A DNA stretch of 64,000 bases from assembly GCA_020057885.1 (NCBI GenBank), contig JAGVEX010000019.1:8165-72164 (forward strand), written 5' to 3'. Source of the DNA: a bacterium. GTDB taxonomy: Bacteria > Patescibacteriota > Patescibacteriia > Veblenbacterales > UBA10138. The notes below the pieces were generated by a model. The model ran no database searches. It had not been told where the DNA came from and was given only the letters and a program-made list of their open reading frames with translations. Of this stretch, positions 36,318 through 46,751 are shown piece by piece (position 1 is the first letter of the stretch; each line of letters begins with the position of its first letter). The translations under genes and the position numbers were made by a program.

Positions 36318-39300
36318 ATGCAAAAATCAGATACTCTGCCACCCAATTTAACAGCCCAAGCTTTTTTTATTGCCAACCTACCTCACCACCTGTTAAGTGG
36401 GGGGGTTTTATGGTTTTTACCTTCCAGCCACGATCTTGGGCGCGCCCGAGAATTAATAAAATTTTTTACTAAACTAAATAAAATATCCACTGAACTCTTA
36501 ACTTTTCCGGATGATTTTGTTTATTGGCTGAAATATCAAAACGATAAAACACCTACTATAATGTTCGTGGTACCTGATCATATTAATTTGGCTTTACCTA
36601 CCAAAAAAGATATTGCTACACACACTGTAAAAATATCTGCTGGTGAAAACAAAGCACCTTTTGCGCTCATACGGGAACTTGAGTCTGCTGGTTTTGAACC
36701 CGGACCATTGCCCGACGCTACAGGCTGGTTTTTAAAACAAGGTGGCGCTATAACAATTGCTAGTGCTACCGAGGCTTGGCGCATAGATTTTAATAGCAAT
36801 ATCATAGAGGATATTTTTAAATTCAATCTAGCTACTGGCCTGACATGCGAAAAAATTAAAAACATTACTTTGCTACCACAAAAATTAACGCCCCACTCAG
36901 AAATTACTTTAAAAAAATACCTTACCAATCAAATTACCCTCATAGCTCCCCCTTCCGAAATTGTCCAAACTGGAAAAAATACACAGTTAGTAAGTTTATT
37001 AAAACCGAGTAACTTGTTCGGCTCTGTACCTTTGTTTGGTAAACAATGGCCGGAAATTACCAGCTATCTACAAGAAAAAAACACCAAGGGAAAAAATGTG
37101 GTGATTTTTACTAACGAACCACAAACCATCTTAGCCAACCTTGTTAACCTAACTTATAAGCCAAAAATAATAGAAGTCGGTGAATCGATTGTTGTTGAAT
37201 TGGAAGGTTTTGAAAACTTAAGTGAAAAAACTATTTATCTTACCGACCGAGAACTTATTGGTCTTAAAAGAAAACGCACTTTTGCCAGCCTAGCCTCTTT
37301 TGAACATTTGGCGATAGATGATTATTTAGTACACATTGATCACGGCATTGGCAGATTCCGCGGGCTCACTAGTCAGACTATTGATAATATAGCGCGCGAA
37401 TATTTTTTAGTGGAATATGCTGAAGAAGACAAGCTTTATGTGCCTATTGAGCATACGGATCGCCTCTCGCGTTATTTAGGCGAACCGCATCCTAAAGTCG
37501 AAAGACTTCATAGTGCCAGCTGGTTCCAAATTACTAAAAAAGTTAAGGCGGAGGCGGCTAGTTTGGCGCGCGAATTATTAAATCTTTATGCGCGTAGACA
37601 AAAAAGCAAGGTTAAACCTTGGCAACATTTTCCTGAAGAGGAGATATTAGCTGCTAACTTTCCTTGGCCTTTAACTCCCGACCAGCTTAAAGCTTGGTCT
37701 GAAATTTCAGCTGACCTCGACCGCACTATGCCAATGGATAGATTAATTTGCGGTGATGTTGGTTTTGGTAAAACCGAATTAGCGGTACGCACTACCTTAC
37801 GCGCCGCACTTAATAATTATCAAATAGCACTACTCACTCCCACTACTATTCTCGCTCAACAACACTTTGATACTTTTAGTGAACGCTTGGAAAAACTTGG
37901 CGTAAAATTAGGTTTAATTTCACGCGCTCAAACCGCTAGCACAATAAAACAAACTTTAACAGATGCGGCCGCGGGTAAAATAGATATTATTATTGGCACC
38001 CATCGCTTGCTAGCGCGGGACGTACATTTTAAAAATCTTGGTCTTTTAATTATTGACGAGGAACAACGCTTCGGCGTGAAACAAAAAGAAGAACTTAAGG
38101 CTGTTAAGCCAGAGGTACACGTGTTATCACTTTCAGCTACCCCCATACCACGTACTTTAAATTTAGCTGTTTCCAATGTCAGGGATCTTTCCATTATCAC
38201 CACACCGCCCACTGGTCGGCAAGGAGTTGTTATGGAATTTTGCGCACCGCATGAAGCTACTATTAAACGCGCCATTGAACAAGAGTTAACACGTGGTGGT
38301 CAAATTTATTATTTGGTAAACCATATTAGTAAATTGCCGCAAATTGAATTAAAACTTAAAAAATTATTGCCACATCTCAAGCTTGGTACTATCCATGGCC
38401 GGCTTAACCCGCGCGAAGTAGCGCAAACCATGCACGCTTTTGATAAAAAAGAATTACAATTATTACTCGCTACCACTATTATTGAAAATGGACTTGATTT
38501 ACCAAATGTAAATACCTTAATAGTAGAGGGGGCGGAAAATTTTGGGTTGAGCGATTTGTATCAACTGCGGGGCAGAGTTGGTCGCGGCCGCACACGCGCC
38601 TATGCTTACTTTTTAGTTAAAGATTCACACACGCAAGCTGCCAGTAAACGCTTAGAAGCTTTATCACAGGCGCCAGCTTTAGGCGGCGGCTTAACCATCG
38701 CGCTAAAAGATTTGGAGCTCAGAGGCGCTGGCGCAATTTTAGGTAAAGAACAGCATGGCCAAGTTTCCGCCGTCGGTTTGCATCTTTACGGCCAGCTCTT
38801 AGCTCAGGCGGTGGAGGAATTACAAACTGGTGAAAGTTTACCAAATATTCCCGAAGTGTTGCTTCGTTTGCCGCTGGAGGGGCGTATTCATACAGATTTG
38901 ATACCAATTGAAGCTAACCGCATTCAGGTTTATCAGCGTCTCGCTGGTATTCGTGAGCCAGCTGAACTAAAAATTATAGCCGAAGAAATTATCGGCCGTC
39001 CACTAACCAGTGAACCAGCTGATAGATTATTGCAAAATTTATTAACTCTTTTGGAAATCAAATTACTTGCCGAGAGAGCACGGCTGGGTGAAGTATCTTG
39101 TCAAACATCTAATGGTTTTGGTCAATTTACTTTACGCTTTTTGGAAGCACCTTCAGTTGAAATTATTGAAAGACTAACATCATTTGATAGCCGTTGGGGA
39201 GTGGAGCCTCTGGGGGGCGGAACCCTATACCGTCACACCGAGGGTGGGGCTGGCATAAGGGCCAAGCACCCCCTCGCCGTCGGAGCCTGGATTCCTTGGC

Positions 39301-39332
39301 TTAAACAAAGTTTAAAGTTATTAGGAAAATAA
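36318..39332 (+). CDS. mfd: Transcription-repair coupling factor Mfd (compact, 1004 aa).
   Basis: The CarD/TRCF-like segment is YLVHIDHGIGRFRGL. The helicase has Walker A GDVGFGKTE and DEEQRFGV. A TRCF C-terminal domain is present. Confidence 0.85.
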   Translation: MQKSDTLPPNLTAQAFFIANLPHHLLSGGVLWFLPSSHDLGRARELIKFFTKLNKISTELLTFPDDFVYWLKYQNDKTPTIMFVVPDHINLALPTKKDIATHTVKISAGENKAPFALIRELESAGFEPGPLPDATGWFLKQGGAITIASATEAWRIDFNSNIIEDIFKFNLATGLTCEKIKNITLLPQKLTPHSEITLKKYLTNQITLIAPPSEIVQTGKNTQLVSLLKPSNLFGSVPLFGKQWPEITSYLQEKNTKGKNVVIFTNEPQTILANLVNLTYKPKIIEVGESIVVELEGFENLSEKTIYLTDRELIGLKRKRTFASLASFEHLAIDDYLVHIDHGIGRFRGLTSQTIDNIAREYFLVEYAEEDKLYVPIEHTDRLSRYLGEPHPKVERLHSASWFQITKKVKAEAASLARELLNLYARRQKSKVKPWQHFPEEEILAANFPWPLTPDQLKAWSEISADLDRTMPMDRLICGDVGFGKTELAVRTTLRAALNNYQIALLTPTTILAQQHFDTFSERLEKLGVKLGLISRAQTASTIKQTLTDAAAGKIDIIIGTHRLLARDVHFKNLGLLIIDEEQRFGVKQKEELKAVKPEVHVLSLSATPIPRTLNLAVSNVRDLSIITTPPTGRQGVVMEFCAPHEATIKRAIEQELTRGGQIYYLVNHISKLPQIELKLKKLLPHLKLGTIHGRLNPREVAQTMHAFDKKELQLLLATTIIENGLDLPNVNTLIVEGAENFGLSDLYQLRGRVGRGRTRAYAYFLVKDSHTQAASKRLEALSQAPALGGGLTIALKDLELRGAGAILGKEQHGQVSAVGLHLYGQLLAQAVEELQTGESLPNIPEVLLRLPLEGRIHTDLIPIEANRIQVYQRLAGIREPAELKIIAEEIIGRPLTSEPADRLLQNLLTLLEIKLLAERARLGEVSCQTSNGFGQFTLRFLEAPSVEIIERLTSFDSRWGVEPLGGGTLYRHTEGGAGIRAKHPLAVGAWIPWLKQSLKLLGK

Positions 39333-39399
39333 AAAGAACCCATCAATGTAATAACATATCCGGGTTCACTGGCTCTAGTACCTTATATAACGAATTTAC

Positions 39400-39612
39400 C
39401 TAATCCTTAATAGGTTCTTTCCACACTAATTGGGGATCACGATATAGTTCTTTAAAAGACCCTTCGGATCTTTTTTGCTCACCCCACTTAATTTTGGCCA
39501 ACGATTTAGCCTTTTCTTTTTTAGAAAAGTCCTCAATGCCTAAGGGAAATAAATGAGTATGCTCATTACTGTCATATTCATTTTTACCGCTAGTATATTC
39601 TAAGTACCACAT
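39400..39612 (-). CDS. Hypothetical small protein (70 aa) in an AT-rich islet.
   Basis: Support is the ORF only, with no recognisable motif. Confidence 0.3.
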   Translation of the reverse strand: MWYLEYTSGKNEYDSNEHTHLFPLGIEDFSKKEKAKSLAKIKWGEQKRSEGSFKELYRDPQLVWKEPIKD

Positions 39613-39836
39613 TTTAACCTCACTAATTATTTTGTTATTTTGATATTGTTTATTAATTTTACTATTCTCTCTTAGGCACTAAAATATACCCAAAAGAGAA
39701 TGGTAAATATTTGTTAAAGAATGTATAAATTTAGCCTACTTTGATATATTTGTCAAGTGGTCCCATAAAAATAAAACAAAATAGTATAAAACCTAACTCA
39801 CTCTTAATAATCAGATTAATTTCTCTTTTCACAAAA

Positions 39837-40064
39837 TTAGGAAAATAAATCAGGCTCTTTTTTATTTAACCTGCTTTCTAATGATTTATTAATTTTTATA
39901 AATTCTTTACCAATTTCCATTTCCGCTTGTTTCTTATCTTTACGCCGTTTCTTTTCTTCCTCCATTATCTGCTCTATAACTAAGGGATCAGGTTCGCTAT
40001 TAATATTATCTTCTACTGGCTCTAAGAGGCCTTCATTTCCTCTATAATACTCACCTTGTCTCAT
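39837..40064 (-). CDS. Hypothetical small charged protein (75 aa) in an AT-rich islet.
   Basis: Support is the ORF only. The sequence has an acidic N-half and a K/E-rich C-half. Confidence 0.3.
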   Translation of the reverse strand: MRQGEYYRGNEGLLEPVEDNINSEPDPLVIEQIMEEEKKRRKDKKQAEMEIGKEFIKINKSLESRLNKKEPDLFS

Positions 40065-40135
40065 AAAATTTTGTGAAAAATAGTCAATTAGTCTACCCTT
40101 ACTATAGCACTACTAACACTAAAATATAATATCCT

Positions 40136-41227
40136 GTGACACAATCACTCCCCCAAAACGACTTACCCTACTGGATAGCGCTGTCACACTGTCCTAAAAT
40201 TGGACCGACTCGCTGGTCTATCTTGCGACGCAGTTTTAGTACTATGAAAGAAGTGTGGGAAGCTTCGGCGAACGAACTTAAAAGAACTGGTTTAGAAGAA
40301 TATATTATAGTGGCGCTGGTCGATCATCGTCAAAAAACTAACGTGACAGAAAAATGGGAAGAACTTGCCAAATTAAGAATTGAAGTGGTAAATATTATTG
40401 ACGAGCGCTACCCCAAACTTTTGCGCGAAATCTACGATCCGCCGGCACTGCTTTTTTACCGCGGCGATATTAACGCACTAAATAATAATTCTTTGGCTGT
40501 GGTCGGTGCAAGACAGGCCACCAGTTATGGCCTTAGGGTAGCGGAAGAATTTGTACATACTTTAGCTTATGCCGGACTTACTATTATTTCTGGCTTAGCC
40601 TACGGTATAGATGCCGCCGCGCACCGCGCCACACTTAAAGCGAATGGCATTACAGTAGCAGTCTTAGCCTCGGGTTTGGACCAAATTTATCCCACAGCTA
40701 ACCAAGCTTTGGCCAATGAAATGGTAAAACATGGCGGATTGCTCTTAACCGAATTCCCGCCCCACACCGCTCCTTTAAAACAAAATTTTCCTTATCGCAA
40801 CCGGGTTATTGCCGGCCTGGCCCGTGGCACATTGGTAATAGAAGCGGCCCATGGTTCGGGCGCGCTTATTACTGTTAAACAAGCGCTAGAGGCTAACCGT
40901 GAGGTTTTTACAGTGCCGGGCAATATTTTTTCCGAATATTCCAAGGGAACTAATGAACTTTTAAAACTCGGCGCTCATCCTGTTACCGAAGCTCAGGATA
41001 TTTTAAACGTTTATGGTTTAGAAAACACTGCTAAATCAGAAGTATTACCTTTGGCTGATGAGCAAAAAACTTTGCTGGAATATTTGAGTAGCGAACCGCT
41101 TCATATTGATGAATTAGGCCGACAAGCACGAGTACCGGCGGCGGAATTAACAGCCCAATTAACAATTTTGGAGCTAGCAGGCTATGTGCGTGATGTAGGC
41201 GGGCATACGTACATAAAACTAACTTAG
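40136..41227 (+). CDS. dprA: DNA-processing protein DprA/Smf.
   Basis: The Rossmann-like core ISGLAYGIDAAAHRATL is present and a C-terminal winged-helix extension follows. Confidence 0.9.
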   Translation: MTQSLPQNDLPYWIALSHCPKIGPTRWSILRRSFSTMKEVWEASANELKRTGLEEYIIVALVDHRQKTNVTEKWEELAKLRIEVVNIIDERYPKLLREIYDPPALLFYRGDINALNNNSLAVVGARQATSYGLRVAEEFVHTLAYAGLTIISGLAYGIDAAAHRATLKANGITVAVLASGLDQIYPTANQALANEMVKHGGLLLTEFPPHTAPLKQNFPYRNRVIAGLARGTLVIEAAHGSGALITVKQALEANREVFTVPGNIFSEYSKGTNELLKLGAHPVTEAQDILNVYGLENTAKSEVLPLADEQKTLLEYLSSEPLHIDELGRQARVPAAELTAQLTILELAGYVRDVGGHTYIKLT

Positions 41228-41321
41228 GATTTGCCAAACCAAAGCTAGTTGTGCTATAAACAACACTGTTAACAAAATCTTGAATTTTCCAAACTTGCCT
41301 CAGATAATAATTTAGAAACTT

Positions 41322-43547
41322 ATGTCCAAAAATCTCGTCATTGTCGAATCCCCTACCAAAGCTAAAACCATTAGCCGTTTTTTGGGTAAGGGTTACATAA
41401 TTGCCTCTTCTTATGGCCATGTGCGCGATTTGCCGAAATCAAAATTAGGTGTGGATGTAGACAATAACTTTGAGCCGCAATATGTCATGCCCGTAAAGGC
41501 CAAAAAAAACGTGGCGGAGCTTAAAAAACAAGCAGCCAAAGCCGATATTATTTATCTCGCCACTGATGAAGATAGAGAAGGCGAAGCGATTGCTTGGCAT
41601 TTAGCAGAACTGCTTAAGCCGGATCCTAAAAAAACAAAGCGCATTGCTTTTCACGAAATCACGGAAACCGCCATACGTGAAGCTTTGGAACATCCACGTG
41701 AACTAGATTATAACCTTATCAATGCCCAGCAAGCGCGCCGCATTTTGGATAGATTAGTGGGTTACGAACTATCTCCTTTCTTATGGAAAAAAGTTGTTAA
41801 GGGTCTTTCGGCCGGACGCGTGCAATCAGCCGCCCTAAGACTAGTTGTGGAACGTGAACGAGAAATTTCTTCTTTTAACTCCGAAGAGTATTGGACTATC
41901 GAGGGTATTTTTAGCAAAAATAAAATTGAATTTTCCGCCCAGCTTAATAAACTGTCCGATAAGACTCTGGATAAATTCGATATTCACAATACATCCCAAG
42001 CCGATGATATTGTTAAACAAATTAAAAATGTAAAAAAATGGCAAATAACTAGTCTAGAAAAAAAAGAAGTTAAACGTTCCCCAGCCGCTCCTTACACCAC
42101 CTCTACCCTACAACAAGATGCCAACCGCCGCCTCAGTTTCTCTGCCACTCAGACTATGATGCTCGCACAAAGACTTTACGAGGGCGTAGATTTACCCGAA
42201 GGTTCAGCTGGTCTTATTACTTACATGCGTACCGACTCCACTAATTTGGCGGAAAAATTTCTAACTGAAACTCAAAATTTTATTAAAGAAGAATGGGGTG
42301 ATAAATATGCCACCGGCGCTCACCGCTATGCCACAAAATCTAAAAATGCCCAAGAAGCTCACGAAGCTATTCGCCCTACCGATATCAAACGCCACCCCGA
42401 TGCTCTAAAAGATATTATGAGGCCGGCGGAATGGAGACTTTATAATCTCATTTGGCGCCGCACTCTCGCGAGCCAATTGCCCGAAGCTATTATGGAATCC
42501 ACTGGTATTGATATTACGGGCGATGAAACTGTAGCCACTTTCCGCGCCAATGGTTCTCGACTGCTGTTTGATGGATTTTTAAAAGTTTTTCCGGAACAAT
42601 ATAAAGATAATTTGTTGCCCGAATTAGCCGAGAATGATATTTGTCAACTTAGTAAGCTCACGCCCGAACAGCATTTCACTGAACCTCCGGCCCGCTATTC
42701 CGACGCTACTTTAGTAAAAGCTTTAGAAAGCTATGGCATTGGTCGGCCTTCCACTTATGCCCCCACCATCGGCACTATTTTAGCGCGTGGTTATGTGGAA
42801 CGTCTTGAACGCCGCCTTAAACCTACCGAGCTCGCTATGCTGGTAAATGATGTGCTGGTGCAACATTTCCCTCAAATTGTGGATTATGAATTTACTGCCA
42901 AAATGGAAAACGATCTGGATGAAATTGCCGAGGGCAAGGCTGAGTGGGTGCCAATTATCCGTAGTTTTTACCAACCATTCAAAGGACATTTAAATTCCAA
43001 ATACGAAGAGGTTAATAAAAAAGATCTCACTGAAACGGCTACTAATGAAATTTGTGAAAAATGCGGTAGCTCGATGATAATTAAATTTGGACGTTTTGGA
43101 AAATTTTTAGCCTGTTCTAAATATCCAGAGTGTAAAAATACCAAACATATCGCGGCTAATGGCGAAATTGAAGCGCCAGAAACTACCGACGAAAAATGTC
43201 CGGAGTGTGACAGCGCTATGGTGGTAAAGCGTGGACGTTTTGGAAAATTTTTAGCCTGTTCTAAATATCCGGAATGTAAAGGCATTAAAAAAATTCTTAA
43301 ATTAACGGGTGTTAAATGCCCCGAATGCAAGGAGGGTGATATTGCTGAAAGGCGCTCTAAACGCGGCCGAAATTTTTATTCCTGCTCCCGCTATCCTGAT
43401 TGTAAATTCGCTCTCTGGAGCAAACCAACCGGCGAAACTTGTACTAAATGTAACTCACTGATAGTGTATGGTAAAAAAGGCACGGCCAATTGCTCTAATA
43501 AAGAATGTGATTTTAGTAAAGAAATAAAAGAATCTGCTGAAAGTTAA
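41322..43547 (+). CDS. topA: DNA topoisomerase I with three or four C-terminal Cys4 zinc ribbons.
   Basis: The TOPRIM start reads MSKNLVIVESPTKAKTISRFLG. The active-site region is GLITYMRTDST. Repeated C..C....GRFGKFLACSKYPECK ribbons follow. Confidence 0.95.
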   Translation: MSKNLVIVESPTKAKTISRFLGKGYIIASSYGHVRDLPKSKLGVDVDNNFEPQYVMPVKAKKNVAELKKQAAKADIIYLATDEDREGEAIAWHLAELLKPDPKKTKRIAFHEITETAIREALEHPRELDYNLINAQQARRILDRLVGYELSPFLWKKVVKGLSAGRVQSAALRLVVEREREISSFNSEEYWTIEGIFSKNKIEFSAQLNKLSDKTLDKFDIHNTSQADDIVKQIKNVKKWQITSLEKKEVKRSPAAPYTTSTLQQDANRRLSFSATQTMMLAQRLYEGVDLPEGSAGLITYMRTDSTNLAEKFLTETQNFIKEEWGDKYATGAHRYATKSKNAQEAHEAIRPTDIKRHPDALKDIMRPAEWRLYNLIWRRTLASQLPEAIMESTGIDITGDETVATFRANGSRLLFDGFLKVFPEQYKDNLLPELAENDICQLSKLTPEQHFTEPPARYSDATLVKALESYGIGRPSTYAPTIGTILARGYVERLERRLKPTELAMLVNDVLVQHFPQIVDYEFTAKMENDLDEIAEGKAEWVPIIRSFYQPFKGHLNSKYEEVNKKDLTETATNEICEKCGSSMIIKFGRFGKFLACSKYPECKNTKHIAANGEIEAPETTDEKCPECDSAMVVKRGRFGKFLACSKYPECKGIKKILKLTGVKCPECKEGDIAERRSKRGRNFYSCSRYPDCKFALWSKPTGETCTKCNSLIVYGKKGTANCSNKECDFSKEIKESAES
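43089..43270 (+). repeat. Exact 38-nt direct repeat, two copies, inside the topA zinc-ribbon region.
   Basis: GGACGTTTTGGAAAATTTTTAGCCTGTTCTAAATATCC appears at 43089-43126 and at 43233-43270. Confidence 0.8.
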
Positions 43548-43564
43548 AATAAACTATTAAAAAT

Positions 43565-43596
43565 AACCCCGCCCTACAGCGGGGTTATTTTATTTT
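43565..43596 (+). terminator. Intrinsic terminator after topA.
   Basis: AACCCCGCCCTACAGCGGGGTT is followed by ATTTTATTTTAT. Confidence 0.65.
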
Positions 43597-43685
43597 ATCC
43601 TCTTGACAACTCTACTAAAAAGGACTTAGATAGAGGCAAACAAATCTAAAATTGATATTTTATAAACAAACAAAAAGGTAACATT

Positions 43686-44189
43686 ATGAAAAAATTAATC
43701 ATTTGGACATCTGTTGTTGTCATAATACTCGGCACTGTTATTGTCTATCTTGTATACAACAAACAACAGCAAGATAGTTTAAAAAATAAAAGCTATCGTA
43801 GTGCGCCCAGCGACAGTATGAAAATTGTTTATCTGGCTAACGCGGATACAATTGCCAAGGCAAAGGATGGTGTGGCAAATTTACTCTATAAATTGAGTAA
43901 TTATTTTGACGCTGTAATTTGGATTACAACTACGCCTGATTCATTTCCCTCAGCTGATCCGCTTGATCCACGAATTAAATATTATACGTCGCCAAACGAC
44001 AGTGAGGCTATTTTGTTAGCCAAAAAAATATTTATTGACAATGGTTGGCCACAAACTGCTCGTATACGTTATATATTCCACAGCAATATGCTTATCTCCT
44101 CACAAGAAGAGATGATTAAAAAATTGGTCAAAGATGGAATTATAATAACAGGTGTACAAGTGGGATATAATTATACTCCACTAAAATAA
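43686..44189 (+). CDS. Hypothetical membrane-anchored protein (167 aa).
   Basis: An N-terminal TM segment reads LIIWTSVVVIILGTVIVYLVY. No other motif was recognised. Confidence 0.45.
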   Translation: MKKLIIWTSVVVIILGTVIVYLVYNKQQQDSLKNKSYRSAPSDSMKIVYLANADTIAKAKDGVANLLYKLSNYFDAVIWITTTPDSFPSADPLDPRIKYYTSPNDSEAILLAKKIFIDNGWPQTARIRYIFHSNMLISSQEEMIKKLVKDGIIITGVQVGYNYTPLK

Positions 44190-44291
44190 CAATTAACCAA
44201 ATAATAATCGGTCAAGGCGAAGACTAAACCTCTTCGCTTTTTTATTTCTTGAAAAAAACTTCACTCTATGTTAATCTGAAACATAACTACT

Positions 44292-45770
44292 ATGGCTACA
44301 TTTGAGGACATAAAATCAATCATTATAAAAAATAATCCTGAGGCCGAGGTGGCGGTACTACAACGCGCCTATGATTTTGCTACTCAAGCCCACGCCGGCC
44401 AAAAACGGCTAGACGGCTCTGACTATGTTCAGCATGCCATTGAAACGGCCTACACTTTAGCACAAATGAATTTAGATTTGGATACTATTACCGCCGGCCT
44501 GTTGCACGATGTACCCGAGGACACGGCTGTAACTTTGGACGAGATAAAAAAAGAATTCGGCGCTGAGGTGGCAAAATTAGTGCGTGGTATTACTAAACTC
44601 GGTAAATTAAAATACCGCGGCTTGGAACGCTACGCCGAAAACTTGCGCAAAATGTTCGTGGCTATGGCCGAAGATGTCCGCGTAATTCTAATAAAATTAG
44701 CCGATCGCTTGCATAATCTACAAACTTTAGACGCCCTGCCGCCCGTAAAACAACAACGCATTGCTCGTGAAACTCTGGAAATTTACGCACCTATCGCCAA
44801 TCGTTTAGGTATTGGTGAACTCAAGGGTAAGTTGGAGGATTTGGCTTTTAAATATGTTTACCCCGAAGAATATGCGTGGGTGGTAAAAAATGCCAAGGCA
44901 CGCTTAGATGAGCAACTCGCTTATGTAAATACAATAATAGAAAAAATGAAAGATCTTTTAAAACAAAATAATATTCAACTTATACATATACACGGACGAG
45001 TTAAACATTATTACAGCCTATACCGAAAACTTTTGCGCAAAGATATGGACTTAAATAAAGTTTACGATTTAGTAGCTATACGCCTCGTAGTGCCCGACGT
45101 ATCCGCCTGCTACCATATGTTGGGTTTAATTCACGCCCAATGGAAACCCTTGCCCGGCCGCATTAAAGATTACATTGCTCAGCCCAAACCAAATGGTTAT
45201 CGCAGTCTTCATACTACTGTTTTTGGTGATGACGGTCGTATTGTGGAAATTCAAATTCGCGATAAAGCCATGCATGAACACGCTGAATATGGTATCGCCG
45301 CCCATTGGCATTACAAAGAAGGTAATAAAAAAAGTTTTCAGCTTCCGCCGGAACAGCTTAAGTGGATTACTGAACTTTTGGAATGGCAAAAAGAAATTAA
45401 AGATAATGAACAATACTTAAGCGCTCTTAAAATAGATACCTTTCAAAACAGAATTTTTGTTTTTACGCCCAAAGGCGATGTGATAGATTTACCGGAAAAT
45501 GCTACACCGGTGGATTTTGCTTACTATATCCACTCTGATATTGGCAATAAATGTTCTGGTGCGCGCGTGAATGAAAAAATAGTAACACTCGATACTAAGC
45601 TTGCCAGTGGTGATTTAGTAGAAATAATTATCGATAAAAACCGCGCTGGGCCAACGGAAGATTGGCTGGAATTCGTTAAAACCAATATGGCAAAAAGTCA
45701 TATTAAAAGTTATGTTAAAAAGAAGCATGGCAGACTGTTGGGCATTTTTAGTCGTAAAAAAGAGGGGTAA
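44292..45770 (+). CDS. rel: Bifunctional (p)ppGpp synthetase/hydrolase Rel/SpoT, short form. It has HD, synthetase and TGS domains and no ACT/RRM C-terminus.
   Basis: The HD motif is HDVPEDT. The synthetase core is YRSLHTTV...G.VEIQIRDKAMHE. The TGS segment reads IFVFTPKGDVIDLPENATPVDFAY. The ORF ends at 492 aa. Confidence 0.9.
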   Translation: MATFEDIKSIIIKNNPEAEVAVLQRAYDFATQAHAGQKRLDGSDYVQHAIETAYTLAQMNLDLDTITAGLLHDVPEDTAVTLDEIKKEFGAEVAKLVRGITKLGKLKYRGLERYAENLRKMFVAMAEDVRVILIKLADRLHNLQTLDALPPVKQQRIARETLEIYAPIANRLGIGELKGKLEDLAFKYVYPEEYAWVVKNAKARLDEQLAYVNTIIEKMKDLLKQNNIQLIHIHGRVKHYYSLYRKLLRKDMDLNKVYDLVAIRLVVPDVSACYHMLGLIHAQWKPLPGRIKDYIAQPKPNGYRSLHTTVFGDDGRIVEIQIRDKAMHEHAEYGIAAHWHYKEGNKKSFQLPPEQLKWITELLEWQKEIKDNEQYLSALKIDTFQNRIFVFTPKGDVIDLPENATPVDFAYYIHSDIGNKCSGARVNEKIVTLDTKLASGDLVEIIIDKNRAGPTEDWLEFVKTNMAKSHIKSYVKKKHGRLLGIFSRKKEG

Positions 45771-45788
45771 TTAATATTTATACTAACA

Positions 45789-45826
45789 AAAATCACCCCG
45801 CCATTTGGCGGGGTGATTTATTTATT
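45789..45826. terminator. Bidirectional terminator between the convergent rel and parB genes.
   Basis: AAATCACCCCGCCATTTGGCGGGGTGATTT has A/T runs on both sides. Confidence 0.65.
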
Positions 45827-45840
45827 AAAAACAATTCTAC

Positions 45841-46740
45841 TTAATCTTTCTCCAATAACTTTTTCACCAAAGCCACCAACTCCTGGGTGGAATAAAATAT
45901 CACTTCAATGGCGCCCGCATGCTTAGTACCCTTAATTTTAACTCTAGTGCCCAAGGCATGCTGTAACTCATTTTCCCACGCTTTAAGTTCGGGATCAGCC
46001 GACATTTTACGCTCATGTCCTCGCACACGCACTTTTTGCACTTTAGCTTCGGCCAAACGTACCGGCAAACCTTCTTTAACAATAGCGTTAAATAATTTTT
46101 CCTGTTCTACTTTATTTTCCACACTCAAAATAATTTTAGCGTGACCAAAAGTAATAACTCCCTGCCGCAAAGCTTCTTGTATGGCTGGTAGTAACTCCAA
46201 AAGCCTCATAGTGTTGGCCACTTGTGCGCGCGACTTGCCTACCTGCTTGGCAATTTTCTCCTGCGTTAAATCAAATTCACTTTGTAACCTCACGTAAGCC
46301 TCTGCCTCTTCCATGGGATTTAAATCTTGGCGTTGTAGGTTTTCCACTAACGCGATCTCTAAACTTTCTTGTTGAAGCACTTCGCGTACAATAGCTGGTA
46401 CCGTAGAAAAGCCGGCTATTTGCGCTGCACGCAAACGCCGCTCACCAGTTATTAAATCATAACGTCCGTCTGAACGTGGTGTAACAATTAACGGCTGTAA
46501 TATGCCATGAACCTTAATCGAACCGACCAAATCTTCCAAACTACTGTGATCAAAATGATGACGCGGCTGCTGAGGATTAGGATTAATGAGCTTTATCTCG
46601 ATTTGTTTAATCTCACTGGCCTGAGGCGTGGCTGACGCAGCTGACGCTTGATTATTGCCGCCCCAAAAATTCGCCCCTTCATTTTTTCTAGAAGGAATGA
46701 GAGAGCTTAAACCTTTACCTAATTGAAATGTTTTTGCCAT
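45841..46740 (-). CDS. parB: Chromosome partitioning protein ParB.
   Basis: The ParB box GERRLRAAQIAG is present along with a helix-turn-helix region. Confidence 0.9.
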   Translation of the reverse strand: MAKTFQLGKGLSSLIPSRKNEGANFWGGNNQASAASATPQASEIKQIEIKLINPNPQQPRHHFDHSSLEDLVGSIKVHGILQPLIVTPRSDGRYDLITGERRLRAAQIAGFSTVPAIVREVLQQESLEIALVENLQRQDLNPMEEAEAYVRLQSEFDLTQEKIAKQVGKSRAQVANTMRLLELLPAIQEALRQGVITFGHAKIILSVENKVEQEKLFNAIVKEGLPVRLAEAKVQKVRVRGHERKMSADPELKAWENELQHALGTRVKIKGTKHAGAIEVIFYSTQELVALVKKLLEKD

Positions 46741-46751
46741 GGTGTTTTTAA

